Source: an uncultured delta proteobacterium
GTDB taxonomy: Bacteria; Myxococcota_A; Polyangia; Fen-1088
DNA: 64,000 bases
Direction of reading: 5' to 3'
Assembly: GCA_963767925.1 (NCBI GenBank)
Contig: CAVYGB010000004.1
Coordinates: 1-64,000, forward strand
This document shows positions 48,068-58,487 of this stretch, piece after piece (position 1 is the stretch's first letter; every line of letters begins with the position of its first letter). The position numbers and the translations under genes are program-made. Below the pieces are notes generated by a model. That model saw only the letters and a list, made by a program, of their open reading frames with translations. It was not told the origin of the DNA and searched no databases.

Positions 48068-48242
48068 ACGCCCACCGATGTCGCGATCCGAAAACCTCGC
48101 CCCCTGCACGCCACCACCATCTGGAGATCGTACACGATTCAGCGATCGTCCGCCGGGGCGGCCCGACGCCATACATCTCCGTCTGTGTAGGAGCCCAGAC
48201 CGCTGGAGCGCAGGCTGATGGTCCCCTTCGCGTTCAGCAAGA

Positions 48243-50075
48243 CTAGGGCCGGGGCCGGGGAACGATCTCCCAGATCGGCCGGTCGCTCTCGAGTGCGACG
48301 CGGATGTCGTGGCCGGCGCTGATGCGTTTGGCGAGCGGAGCGGGGACCAGGGCCAGATCGAGGAAGACCCGGCGGCCGCTGGCCAGGAGCTCGGCGGCGA
48401 CGCGGGGGGCGGACTGGCCCCCGTCGAGCCAGGGATCCATCAGCAGCAGGTCGCGGCCGAGGTGCAGGGGGGCAGAGGCGTCCCGGCCCGCGAAGTGGAC
48501 GAAGAGGGCCGCCCGCGCGGGCAAGACGGCGTCCCAGCGTTCGGCGAGGGCGGCAGCGCCGAGCCGGCGGCGGTAGGCGGCGGGCAGGTCGTCGCCCAGG
48601 TGGACGGCAGCGGCCCAGCCCAGGCAGGCGCCGGTGAGGACCGCCATCGCCGCCACCAGCGCCCGCAGGTGATCGAGGCCCAGGCGCAGGGCCAGCAGCA
48701 CGAGCACGCTCGTGCCGGCGAGCAGCAGGGGGATCAGCAGCAGCCCCCGCACGCGCAGGCGCGGATCCAGGTCGGGCCACAACACGAACACCGCGGTGGC
48801 GCTGGCCGCCAGGGCGCCGGCCAGCAGGGCGGGACGGGGGAGCTCGAGGCGATCGAGGCCCAGGCCCAGGGCGAGCGCGCCAGCGGGGACCAGCTCGAGC
48901 AGGTAGCGCTGGTTCGCGCACAGCCCGTCCTGGCGGCTGAAGCCGGAGAGGGCAAACAGCAGCAGCAGGGCCGCCACCGGGATCGACAGCGCGCGCGCCT
49001 CGTCGGCGAGGCCGGGGGGGGCCTGGGCGCGCGGGCGCCATGCGAGCAGGAGCACCACGAGGGCCATCGCCAGCCAGGGGGCCGACTGCAGCAGAGCCTT
49101 CTTGACCGCCCCGTGCACGAGGTACGCGCCCAGCGCGGGGTCGGGCTCCCAGCGCCAGCGATCGGCGCCCGAGCTGCTGGCGCCGCCACCCATGGGCGGG
49201 TGGCTGGAGAAGTCGATCAGCTTGGCATAGAGGACCCGCACGCCCTCGGTGAGGCGGCCGCTCTGCCCCTCGGCCGGGGGGGCGAAGCTGACGTAGCCGG
49301 GGCCCTTGCTGACCGGGTTCCACCAGCCGAGCCGGGCGCGGTTGAGGGCCGAGGCGGCCAGCAGCGGCAGAGCCACGCCGAGGGTGAAGAGGGCGGCGCT
49401 GGGCAGGCGGCGGCGGCCGAACAGGAGCAGGCCCAGCCCGACGGCGACGGCGAAGACGATGTTCTGGTAGCGGATGCCGGTGGCCAGGCCCAGGGCCAGT
49501 CCGGCGGCCAGGGCGGGCCCGAGTCGCTCGCGCTGGCGCGCGCGGGCGGCGAGCACGAGGCTGGCGGCGGCCAGGGCCATGGTCAGGCTGTGGGGCCACA
49601 CGCCCTGGGCGTATTCGATCGAGAAGCCGCCGAGCAGGACGGCGGCGGCGGCGATCCAGGGAGTGGTCCGACGCTGCGAGAAGGCCCGCGACTGCCGCTG
49701 CACCATCCAGATGGTGGCGGCGAAGGCCAGGGCGTTGAGCGCGACAAGGCCGAACCAGCCGAAGGGGGAGAAGGGCCAGGCCAGAAACGCCCAGAGGGGC
49801 GGGGCGGTCGAGACCACCGGCGTCCGGGGTGTGCGGCTCTTGGCCAGCGGATCGAACCAGTACAGCTCGGCGCTGGGGGTGAGGCCGTCGGTGCCGGGCA
49901 GCGAGAGGCGCCCGGCGCGCAGCGACAGCAGGGTCGCCAGGTAGTTGTTCTCGTCGACGATGTAGGCGCCGCGGACGGCGGTCCCCACCAGGAGGACGAC
50001 GAGCAGGGCCAGGGCGCCGGGCAGCAGCAGCCGGCGCGCGCCTGGCAGGGGGCGATTCCAGATCGGGCTACTCAT
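48243..50075 (-). CDS. Polytopic membrane protein, probable GT-C fold glycosyltransferase
   Basis: DE motif (VDENNY) after TM1; many TMs; coupled to the WecB/TagA gene. Confidence 0.6.
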   Translation of the reverse strand: MSSPIWNRPLPGARRLLLPGALALLVVLLVGTAVRGAYIVDENNYLATLLSLRAGRLSLPGTDGLTPSAELYWFDPLAKSRTPRTPVVSTAPPLWAFLAWPFSPFGWFGLVALNALAFAATIWMVQRQSRAFSQRRTTPWIAAAAVLLGGFSIEYAQGVWPHSLTMALAAASLVLAARARQRERLGPALAAGLALGLATGIRYQNIVFAVAVGLGLLLFGRRRLPSAALFTLGVALPLLAASALNRARLGWWNPVSKGPGYVSFAPPAEGQSGRLTEGVRVLYAKLIDFSSHPPMGGGASSSGADRWRWEPDPALGAYLVHGAVKKALLQSAPWLAMALVVLLLAWRPRAQAPPGLADEARALSIPVAALLLLFALSGFSRQDGLCANQRYLLELVPAGALALGLGLDRLELPRPALLAGALAASATAVFVLWPDLDPRLRVRGLLLIPLLLAGTSVLVLLALRLGLDHLRALVAAMAVLTGACLGWAAAVHLGDDLPAAYRRRLGAAALAERWDAVLPARAALFVHFAGRDASAPLHLGRDLLLMDPWLDGGQSAPRVAAELLASGRRVFLDLALVPAPLAKRISAGHDIRVALESDRPIWEIVPRPRP

Positions 50076-50839
50076 TCATACCGTCGCAGGCGGGTGAGCT
50101 GCAGGGCGAGGGCGGCGGTGAACTTCGGGTTGTAGAGCAGGTAGCGGCGCCAGAGCCGCCGGGGCTCGGCGGCCAGCCGGAACAGCCACTCCAGACCGTT
50201 GGCCCGCACCCAGGCGGGGGCCTGCCTCTGCCGGTCGGTGAGAAAGTCGAAGGCCGCCCCCACGCCGACCAGCAGGGGCGCGGTCAGGCGCGGGCGGTTG
50301 CGGGCCATCCAGAGGTCCTGCTTGGGCGAGCCGAGCCCCACCCAGACCACGCGCGCGCCCGAGGCGTTGACCTCGTCGATCGAGGTGGCCTCCTCGGCGG
50401 TTGTGAGATCGCGGAACGGCGGGCAGCTCGTCCCCGCCACCGGCAGGCCGGGGAAGCGGGCTCGCAGCCGGTCGGCCAGATCGCGCGCCACCCCGGGCGC
50501 CCCGCCCAGGTAGTACTGGGAGAAACCGCGGCGCGCGCAGACCGCGCTGAGCGCCAGCAGGAGGTCGGGGCCGTACACCCGCTCCACCTGGCGGGCTCCC
50601 AGGGCGCGCAGCGCCCAGACCACCGGCATGCCGTCGGGGGTGACCCAGTCGGCGCCGTTGAGCGCCGCGTGCACGTCCTGCCGCTCGTGGCCCTGCATGA
50701 GCGTGTAGACCGGGCAGCAGCAGGCGTAGGAGCGGCGCCCCTCGGCGATGGCCGCCTCCATCTCCCCGACCGCGGCCGGGAGATTGAAGGCGCTGACCCG
50801 CACCCCCAGGAGGTTGAACCGCCTCGCCACCGCCGTCAC
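50072..50839 (-). CDS. WecB/TagA/CpsF family glycosyltransferase
   Basis: PDGMPVVW, RVYGPDL, VGLGSPKQD, VGAAFDF, GLEWLFRL..EPRRLWRRY. Confidence 0.93.
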   Translation of the reverse strand: MTAVARRFNLLGVRVSAFNLPAAVGEMEAAIAEGRRSYACCCPVYTLMQGHERQDVHAALNGADWVTPDGMPVVWALRALGARQVERVYGPDLLLALSAVCARRGFSQYYLGGAPGVARDLADRLRARFPGLPVAGTSCPPFRDLTTAEEATSIDEVNASGARVVWVGLGSPKQDLWMARNRPRLTAPLLVGVGAAFDFLTDRQRQAPAWVRANGLEWLFRLAAEPRRLWRRYLLYNPKFTAALALQLTRLRRYE

Positions 50840-50920
50840 CCGTCCCTAGTATGACGGCGCCGTCGTCGGGTTTGTAGGCATATGCCCCCGCTCCGGCAAC
50901 AGGCGAGGAGGCTCGAGGGC

Positions 50921-52123
50921 TCAGGCCTTGCGCTTGGCGGCCTGGGGTGGCACGAGCACCTTCATCGGCTCGTGAATCCCCACGTTACGGGCCACGTTCC
51001 AGAGGCGCTCGATGAGGCTGTCGGTGATCTCGTGGCCCCGGGCCACCAGCAGGCCGCCCCCCTTGCTGCGCACGTCTTCGAGGAAGACCATCGTCGGGCG
51101 GAGCTGGGCCAGCAGCAGGTCCTGCTCCTGGGCCGAGGTCAGGCGGTTGCCGAGCAGGGTGGCGAAGGCGGCCAGCAGATCGGGATCGTAGATGCCCCGG
51201 CGGGCGCCCATGGTCTCCAGCGCCGCCGCCGCGTTGAGGTTCTGGGTCTCGAGCACGTCGTAGTCGAGGAGGATGCGCAACATCCTCGCGCCGACCGGCA
51301 GATCGGTCCCCTTGCGGTTGCCCCCCTCGCCGTCGAAGCGGCTCTGCAGCTGGTTGAGGATCTCGCGCACCGGCTCGAGGCGGGGGATGCTGGCCAGCAG
51401 GCGTTCGGTCACTTCGGGCACCCGCTTGACCATGTCCTGCTCGACCGAGGTCAGCGGCTTGCCCTCGGCCACCTTCTCCGCTGTCTCGTGGGGCAAGGTG
51501 ATGGTCCCGATGGGAAACAACATGGCCGCCATCTCGATGGCCCAGCGGCCCGGGATCTCGAGCTGGGTGATCAGGGCGGCCGCCCGGGTCTTGGCCCGGG
51601 TGGCCCGGCCGAAGGCGACCGGGTTCTGCAGCGACAGGATCTCGATCAGCGTCTTGATGCTGCCGTGAAGCGTCTGCTCCAGCAGCACCCGCTCGCTGGT
51701 CACCAGCCGGTATTGCTCGACGGCCGCCTGGACCGCCCCGATCAGGGTGTCGGGCGAGCAGGGCTTGGTGAGGAACCGGAAGATCTGCCCTTCGTTGATG
51801 GCGGCGATGGCGGCGTCGATCTCCGAGTACCCGGTGAGCAACATGCGGACGGTGTCCGGGCTCTTGCGGCGCACCTGGGCCAAAAACTCTGCCCCGTCCA
51901 TGCCCGGCATGCGCATGTCGGAGATGACGGCGGCGACCCCCCCGAGCTGGGCCAGCTTGTCGAGGCCCTCCGCCCCGCCGCCGGCGGTGTGCACCTCGAA
52001 GTGACGCCGGAGGTTCAGGGTGAGGGCCGACAGGACCTGCGCCTCGTCGTCCACACACAGGATGCGCGGCTTCGTCGAGGGCTTGGCCCCCGCTTCGCTG
52101 GATGTCTGGGGTGCGACGCTCAT
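50921..52123 (-). CDS. Response regulator: receiver plus degenerate HD-GYP-like domain
   Basis: LCVDDE, SDMRMPGMDG, LTKP; MLFPIG replaces LHDIG and no GYP is present. Confidence 0.85.
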   Translation of the reverse strand: MSVAPQTSSEAGAKPSTKPRILCVDDEAQVLSALTLNLRRHFEVHTAGGGAEGLDKLAQLGGVAAVISDMRMPGMDGAEFLAQVRRKSPDTVRMLLTGYSEIDAAIAAINEGQIFRFLTKPCSPDTLIGAVQAAVEQYRLVTSERVLLEQTLHGSIKTLIEILSLQNPVAFGRATRAKTRAAALITQLEIPGRWAIEMAAMLFPIGTITLPHETAEKVAEGKPLTSVEQDMVKRVPEVTERLLASIPRLEPVREILNQLQSRFDGEGGNRKGTDLPVGARMLRILLDYDVLETQNLNAAAALETMGARRGIYDPDLLAAFATLLGNRLTSAQEQDLLLAQLRPTMVFLEDVRSKGGGLLVARGHEITDSLIERLWNVARNVGIHEPMKVLVPPQAAKRKA

Positions 52124-53534
52124 GGTGGGGGGGATCCTCTCCGGGCAGGATGGGCAGCTTCACCCAGAACGTCGACCCTCGACCCACTTCGGTGTCGAAC
52201 GTCAGGGTGCCGCCGTGCTTCTCGGTGACCAGCGTGCGGGCGATGGTCAACCCGAGGCCGGTCCCCTTGCCGACCGGCTTGGTGGTGAAGAAGGGATTGA
52301 AGATCCGGTCGCGGGCCTCGACCGGGATGCCGACCCCGGTGTCGCTGATGCCGATCACCATCTGGCCGTCGGCCTGGGAGGTGCGGACGGTGATCACCCC
52401 CGGGGCGCCCGTGCTGTCGGCCGCCTGGATGGCCTGGGCGGCGTTGACCAGGAGGTTGAGGAACACCTGGTTGAGGTCGCCGCTGTGGCACAGAAACATC
52501 GGCAGCTCCTCGAACTCGGTCTTGAGCTCGGCGAAGAGGCGGTATTCGGGCCGGGCCACCACCGCCGCGGTCTGCACCAGCTTGTTGAGGTCGGCCAGGC
52601 CCTTCTCCCGTTTCTCGGGGCGGCTGAAGGCCTTGACCGCCTGCACGATCTCGCCGACCCGGTTGATGCCGTCCAGGCAGCGGTCGAGGGCCTTCGGCAT
52701 CTCGGCGGTGAGGAAGTCGACCTCGATCTGCTTCTCGACCACGCGGATCTCCTCGAGCAGCGCGACCGCCGTCGGCTCACCCCGGGAGACGGCGTCCCCG
52801 AGCGCCTTGTATTGCCCGAGCAGGCGGTGCAGATCCAGCAAGGCCGAGCGCACGAAGTAGACGCTGTCCCCCACGAACTGCACCGGCGTGTTGATCTCGT
52901 GGGCGATGCCCGCCGCGAGCTGGCCCACCGCCGCCAGCTTCTCCGAGACCACCGTCTGGCGGTGCAAGCGGGTGTTCTCCAGGGCGAGCACGATCTGGGA
53001 GGCCAGGACCGAGGCCGACTCCAGGCTATCCTCCCCGAAGGGCGGATATTGCTCGGCCCGGTTGTAGGTGACGAGGCCGAGCAGCCGGCCTCCCGAGACC
53101 AGCGGGTAGATGATCGAGGTGCGCGAGCGGCCGTGGCCGTTGGCCACCGCGCCGTTGAGGACCAGCGGTCGGCGCGACTCGGCCACCTTCCCGGCGATCC
53201 CTTCGCCCACCTTGATCCGGACCTTCTCCGCCACCCCCGGGGGCAGACCCGAGGCGTGGGCCACCCCCAGCAGCCCATCCGGGCGGGGCAACAGCAGGGT
53301 GACCGCCTCGGAGCCCATCGCCGTCATGGCCGCCTCCACGATCGCGGCCGGGAGCCGCTCCGGGTCGCGGGTCTCGAAGATGATGCGAGTCGCCTCCAGA
53401 AAAGGGAGAGAGGCGTTGATCGGCGCGGGCTCGGGAGGCACACCCGCCGCGTCCGGCTGGGCGGGAGGGCCCGGCACGCTGGCGGGCTCGGAACCGGGCC
53501 CTCCATCCGGCCCGGTCGTTTTCTGGGCAATCAT
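52120..53534 (-). CDS. GAF-domain sensor histidine kinase (3' end disrupted at a homopolymer, 52127-52133)
   Basis: H-box GIAHEINTP; N-box QVFLNLLVNA; SDTGVGI; FNPFFTTK; GTGLGL. As sequenced, the frame runs on to 50985. Confidence 0.88.
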
Positions 53535-53669
53535 CCAACCGATCTTTCGTCTGCCAGAAGCCGACCCTTGAGCCGACCCCTGACATCACCCACATCGACG
53601 ACGGGCATCAAGCTCCGAGCGGCGCCGGTCGATGTTCAAGGCCACTCGTTTCCCCGCTGCACTGCCTCG

Positions 53670-54896
53670 ATGTCCTTTGTGAATGTCTTCGTGGCCCGAC
53701 AGCCGGTTTTCGACCGCGACCTGTCGGTGATCGGCTACGAGCTCCTGTTTCGCTCGGGGCTCGAGAACGCCTTTCCGGCGAGCTTCGACCCCAGCCAGGC
53801 CTCGACCCGCGTCATCCAGGACGCCTTGCTGGTGTTCGGCTTCGACGTCCTCACCGCTGGCCGCCTGACCTTCGTGAACGTCACCGAGGAGGTGCTGGCC
53901 CAGCGCCTGTACCGGGCCCTGCCACCCGGGCGCACCGTGCTCGAGATCGTCGAGACCGTCGAGGTGTCCCCCGCCCTGGTGGAGCACGTCCGTCAGGCCC
54001 GGCTGGCCGGCTTCCGGATCGCCCTCGACGACTTCGTCCTCACCCAGGCGATCAAGCCCCTTGTCGCGCTCGCCGACATCATCAAGATCGACGTCCAGCT
54101 CAGTACGCCCGCCGAGCAGGCCGAGATCCTGAAGGTCTGCGCCGGCGGCACCCGCATGTTCCTGGCGGAGAAGGTGGAGACGCGCGAGCAGTTCGCCGCC
54201 TCCGTCGCCGCCGGCTGCACCTACTTCCAGGGCTACTTCTTCTCCCGCCCGGAGATGATGTCGCGGGTCGATCTCCCGCCCAGCAAGACCACCCACCTGC
54301 GCTTCATGGGTGAGGTGATGCGCGAGGACCTCGACTTCGAGCGGCTCGAGGAGATCCTCAAGCTCGACCTGGCCCTGTCGGTCAAGCTGCTGCGCTACCT
54401 CAACTCGGCCGCCTTCGGCTGGCGCAGCCAGGTGCAGTCGCTGAAGAAGGCGATGGTGCTGCTCGGCGAGCGCCACTTCCGGCAGTGGGCCGCCATGATG
54501 GCGGTGGTGGCCCTGTCGGAGGGGCCCGAGGAGCTCACCCTGGCCTGCCTGGCCCGGGCCCGCCTGTGCGAGCGCATGGCCGACGTGACGAGCAGCTCGG
54601 TCTCGGCCTTCGACGCCTTCCTGGTGGGGCTGCTGAGCCTGGTCGACTCGATGCTGGACCGGCCCCTGTTCGAGATCCTGCGCGAGCTCGGGGTGGGCGG
54701 CGAGGTGGAGAAGGCCCTGCTGGGCAAGGAGACCTGCCCGCTGGCCGACCTGCTCCGGCTCTCGATGGCCTACGAGATCGCCGCCTGGGACGAGGTCGAC
54801 CACCTCATGAAACACCTCGGCATCCCCGAGGATAAGCTGCAGGAGGAGTACCTCGAGTCCCTGCAGTGGGCCCGCCAGACCCTGGCGCTGGTCTGA
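53670..54896 (+). CDS. EAL plus HDOD domain protein (YuxH/PdeH-like)
   Basis: FVARQP, GYELLFR, LEIVE, ALDDF, LAEKVET, FQGYFF; HDOD-like KLLRYLNSA. Confidence 0.9.
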   Translation: MSFVNVFVARQPVFDRDLSVIGYELLFRSGLENAFPASFDPSQASTRVIQDALLVFGFDVLTAGRLTFVNVTEEVLAQRLYRALPPGRTVLEIVETVEVSPALVEHVRQARLAGFRIALDDFVLTQAIKPLVALADIIKIDVQLSTPAEQAEILKVCAGGTRMFLAEKVETREQFAASVAAGCTYFQGYFFSRPEMMSRVDLPPSKTTHLRFMGEVMREDLDFERLEEILKLDLALSVKLLRYLNSAAFGWRSQVQSLKKAMVLLGERHFRQWAAMMAVVALSEGPEELTLACLARARLCERMADVTSSSVSAFDAFLVGLLSLVDSMLDRPLFEILRELGVGGEVEKALLGKETCPLADLLRLSMAYEIAAWDEVDHLMKHLGIPEDKLQEEYLESLQWARQTLALV

Positions 54897-54959
54897 GCGA
54901 GGCCGCGGTCGAGCTGGCCGCAGCCGCGACACCATCGACGGGCTGGTAGCCAGAGACCG

Positions 54960-56165
54960 TCATCGATGACGCAGGGTCGTCGCGGCGGTCAGCACGCTGG
55001 CGAGCCTGCCGGCGAAGTCCCGCGGTGTCCAGGCGGCCAGGCGGGCCCGTCCCCGTTCCGCGAGCTGGGCCCGTAGCTCCGCTTCGAGGACGACCCTCGT
55101 GATGGCGTCGGCCAGATGCCGGGCGTTCCTGGGATCGACGAGGAGGCCGGCGTCGCCGACCTGCTCGCGGATCCCGGGCAGGTCAGAGGTGATCACCGAG
55201 CAGCCGTGGGCCCACGCTTCCAGCACGGGGATGTTGGTGGGGCCAAACCAGGTCGGCATCACGAGCGCAGAGGCCAGGCGGTACAGCGCGGGCATGTCCT
55301 CGTCGGGCACGTAGCCCAGGAACCGAACCTGATGTTGCAGGCCCAGGCGGTACGTCAGGTCGAGTATCCGGGCGTACTCCCGGTTCTTGCTCCCGGCGAG
55401 CAACAGCGGAGGACGGAGAGCCTTTCGCTCGGCGAGGTGGGCCAGCGCCCGGAGCAGCACCTCGTGGTTCTTGTGGGGCCAGAAGGCCGCGGGATAAAAC
55501 AGGAACCCGTCCTGCGGGCGGTATCGCTCGCGAACGCGTCGGAGATCGGCCTCTGCTGGCGGCGCGGTCGTCGCGGGTGAGGCCAGGTAGGGGAGGCTGT
55601 GAACGCGTTCGGGCGGCACGTCGTAGGCGGTCAGCACCTGCTGCTTGCCCACCTCCGAATCGGTAAGCACGGCGGCCGCGCGGGGCAGGGCGTTGCGGTA
55701 GACGAACTCTCTTCGGCGGCCCTCGCCGTGGGCCGAGACCTCGGGGAAGTGGGGTTGCAGCAGTTGCTGCAGGTCGTGGACCGGAAAGACGGCCGGGTAG
55801 GGCCAGAGGAAGCTGTGGACGGTCGGCTTCACGTACAGCATCACCTCCGGCGGATCGGCGGTGATGGCGGGCGGGGGGGGGATGAGCGGCAGGGGGTGGA
55901 GGTTGCCCAGGCGGGCCAGTCCCATCAGCACCGCCTCGCCGGCCAGGGCCAGGGCCAGCCGCTCGGCGGGGAGCTCGAGGACGCGCCAGTGGGCGGGCAC
56001 CGCCACCGGCAGCGGATCGAACCAGGCGTTGTAGACCGTGTAGCGGTGCTGGGGCTCGTGTTGGCCGAGGGTGGCCAGCAAGGTGGTGGCGTACTGGAAC
56101 AGCCCTCCCTGACTGCGGCGGGCGTTGAAGTAGATGCCGACCCTCACACGGCCCGCAGGACCCAT
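54960..56165 (-). CDS. GT4 family glycosyltransferase
   Basis: VHDLQ, YPAAFWPHKNH, LGYVPDEDM, IPVLEAWA.G. Confidence 0.88.
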   Translation of the reverse strand: MGPAGRVRVGIYFNARRSQGGLFQYATTLLATLGQHEPQHRYTVYNAWFDPLPVAVPAHWRVLELPAERLALALAGEAVLMGLARLGNLHPLPLIPPPPAITADPPEVMLYVKPTVHSFLWPYPAVFPVHDLQQLLQPHFPEVSAHGEGRRREFVYRNALPRAAAVLTDSEVGKQQVLTAYDVPPERVHSLPYLASPATTAPPAEADLRRVRERYRPQDGFLFYPAAFWPHKNHEVLLRALAHLAERKALRPPLLLAGSKNREYARILDLTYRLGLQHQVRFLGYVPDEDMPALYRLASALVMPTWFGPTNIPVLEAWAHGCSVITSDLPGIREQVGDAGLLVDPRNARHLADAITRVVLEAELRAQLAERGRARLAAWTPRDFAGRLASVLTAATTLRHR

Positions 56166-56938
56166 GTGGCGTTCCAGTCGCGGGGGGTGGGGGGGCGGTG
56201 GGGGTCGAGGAAGGGGCAGACCTGGGCGACCTGGAAGCGGGCGGCGGCGGCGAGCAGCTCCACTTCGCCGGGGAAGAGGAAGCGGAGCAGGTGGGACTCC
56301 TCGACGGGGTCGGGGCCCTCGACGCCGTTGGCGGTGGCGGCGCCGTTGGCGGCGGCGGGGGCGGGGCGGCGGGTGAGGCGGTAGTCGACCCGCACGGTCT
56401 GGGCCAGCAGGTCGAGGGTGGGGCGGGCCGAGCGGGTCACCTCCTCGCCGTCGAGCACGGTGGTCTTGCTGCGCGCGCTGGGGGGATCGAGCAGCACGCC
56501 GGGGCCGAACCAGGCGTCGAACACGAACAGGCCGCCGGGCTGCAAGTGGCGGCGGGCGGTGGCGAAGGCCTGGCCGATGTCGCCCACCGTGGCCTGGTAG
56601 GAGATGACCGCGAACATGGCGATGACCGCGTCGAAGGTCCGGCCCAGGGCGACCGCGCGCAGATCGGCCTGCACCAGCTCGACCGGCGTCCGGGCGGCGC
56701 GGAGCTTCTCGCGGGCCAGCGCCAGCATCGGCTCGGACCTGTCGATGGCCGTCACCCGGTAGCCCCGCTGGGACAGCGGGCCGGCGTGGCCCCCGGTGCC
56801 GCAGCCGAGCTCCAGCAGCCGCCGCACCGGGCCGGCGGCGTGGCGGTGGAAGAGCTGCTCGACGAAGTCGACCTCGGCGGCGTAGTCCTTGTCCCGGTAC
56901 AGGCCGTCGTAATAGGGGGCGTACTGCTCGAACACCAT
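56144..56938 (-). CDS. Class I SAM methyltransferase (sugar N/O-methyltransferase-like)
   Basis: YYDGLYRDKDY..E; LELGCGTGGH; C-terminal part of ORF 56144..58069. Confidence 0.88.
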   Translation of the reverse strand: MVFEQYAPYYDGLYRDKDYAAEVDFVEQLFHRHAAGPVRRLLELGCGTGGHAGPLSQRGYRVTAIDRSEPMLALAREKLRAARTPVELVQADLRAVALGRTFDAVIAMFAVISYQATVGDIGQAFATARRHLQPGGLFVFDAWFGPGVLLDPPSARSKTTVLDGEEVTRSARPTLDLLAQTVRVDYRLTRRPAPAAANGAATANGVEGPDPVEESHLLRFLFPGEVELLAAAARFQVAQVCPFLDPHRPPTPRDWNATWVLRAV

Positions 56939-58041
56939 CACAGCGCCCGGCCGAGGGCGGTGCACACCTCGTCCATCTGAGTTTCGCTGAGCGTGAGCCC
57001 CGAGGGGAGGTAGAGGCCCCGGCGGGCGATCCGCTCGGCCACCGGGTGCCGGTCCTCGGCGAACAGGCCCCGCTTCCGGAAGGCGGGCTGCTCGTGCATG
57101 CCCAGGAAAAACGGGCGCGTCTCGACCCCCATCACCCGCAGGCGGTGGGCCAGCTCGGCGGCGTCGAGGCCGGCGTCGTCGCGCAGGACCACCCCGTACA
57201 CCCAGTAGACGTTGCGGGCCCAGGGCTCCTCGACCGGCAGCTCGAGCTGGGTGAAGCGGGCCAGGCGCTCGTTGTAGCCCCGTCCGAGGCGGCGCTTGCG
57301 CTCGATCCGATCTTCCACGTTGTCGAGCTGGGCGCAGCCGATGGCGGCCTGCAGGTTGGTGAGGCGGTAGTTGTGCCCGATCTCCTCGTGCAGGAAGCGC
57401 CGTTCGGGCAAGAAGGCCAGGTTGCGCTCGGCGCGCAGGCGGGCGGCCAGGCGGTCGTCGCGGGTCAGGACCATGCCGCCTTCGCCGGTGGTGATGATCT
57501 TGTTGGCGTAGAAGCTGAAGCAGCTCATGTCGCCCAGGCCCCCGCAGCGCCGCCCGCGGTATTCGGCGCCGTGGGCCTCGGCGGCGTCCTCGATGATCGG
57601 CAGCTTGTGGCGCCAGGCCAGGTCGGCCAGAGGGTCCATGTCGACCGGGTGCCCGTAGATGTGGACCGCCATGATGGCCCGGGTGCGGGGGCCGATGCGG
57701 GCCGCCACCTGGCGCACGTCCATGGTGAAGGTGCGGGGGTCGGCGTCGACCAGCACCGGGACGGCGCCCGCGTCGATCACCGCCACCGCGCAGGAGACGA
57801 TGGTGAAGGTCGGGAGGATGACCTCGTCGCCGGGCTGCAGGTCGAGGCAGGCCACCGCGGCCGAGAGGGCGGCGCTGCCGTTGCACACGGCCACGCCGTG
57901 GGGCATCCCGCAGAAGGCCGCCCAGCGGCGCTCGAACTCGTCGAGGTATTTGCCCGACGACGACACCCAGCCCGAGCGCAGGCACTCGTCGGCGTATTGC
58001 CGTTCGCGCGGGCCGATGTCGGGCTCGCTGACCGGGATCAC
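56938..58041 (-). CDS. DegT/DnrJ/EryC1/StrS aminotransferase (perosamine synthase-like)
   Basis: EDAAEAHG; FSFYANKIITTGEGGM; YRLTNLQAAIG. Confidence 0.93.
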   Translation of the reverse strand: MIPVSEPDIGPRERQYADECLRSGWVSSSGKYLDEFERRWAAFCGMPHGVAVCNGSAALSAAVACLDLQPGDEVILPTFTIVSCAVAVIDAGAVPVLVDADPRTFTMDVRQVAARIGPRTRAIMAVHIYGHPVDMDPLADLAWRHKLPIIEDAAEAHGAEYRGRRCGGLGDMSCFSFYANKIITTGEGGMVLTRDDRLAARLRAERNLAFLPERRFLHEEIGHNYRLTNLQAAIGCAQLDNVEDRIERKRRLGRGYNERLARFTQLELPVEEPWARNVYWVYGVVLRDDAGLDAAELAHRLRVMGVETRPFFLGMHEQPAFRKRGLFAEDRHPVAERIARRGLYLPSGLTLSETQMDEVCTALGRAL

Positions 58042-58487
58042 GGGAAGCGCTCCTTCTCGTCGAGGCCACCGTAGGGCCCCTGCTTGATCTCGAGCAACAC
58101 CGTGTCCTCGAGCATGCGGAAGCCGTGCCCCCCCGCCACCAGCAGGATGACGTCCCCCGTGTCGAGCAGGGGCTCGGCCACCAGGTGGCGGTCGGCGTCG
58201 AAGATGCGGGCCTCGACCTGCCCCCGCCGCACCAGCAACATCTCGGGCGTGCCGGTCAGCCGCCGCTCGACGGGGCGGTGGCTGTGGTCGGGGCAGCGCC
58301 CGCCGGCGGGGTAGACCACGAAGCCGGCCTGCTGGGGCAGGTGCCCGGGGGTCACGAAGGTGGTCCGGTCCGGGACGAACCAGGAGCGGATCACGATGGC
58401 CAGCAGCTCTCCGGTCTGCGTGCGGATCTCCTCGAGACCCCCGCTGCCGGCCGCCACCACCTGCCCGGACCGTGCTACTCCCTGCAT
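58038..58487 (-). CDS. Cupin-fold protein of polysaccharide loci (WbuC-like)
   Basis: H.H....E.L....G...GD.ILL..GGHGF....EIKQGPY. Confidence 0.75.
   Translation of the reverse strand: MQGVARSGQVVAAGSGGLEEIRTQTGELLAIVIRSWFVPDRTTFVTPGHLPQQAGFVVYPAGGRCPDHSHRPVERRLTGTPEMLLVRRGQVEARIFDADRHLVAEPLLDTGDVILLVAGGHGFRMLEDTVLLEIKQGPYGGLDEKERFP

Noticed and set aside
50985..52119. C-terminal ~380 aa of the 849-aa kinase ORF as a real domain
   Set aside because: Arg/Pro-rich off-frame read of the response regulator caused by the C7 tract.
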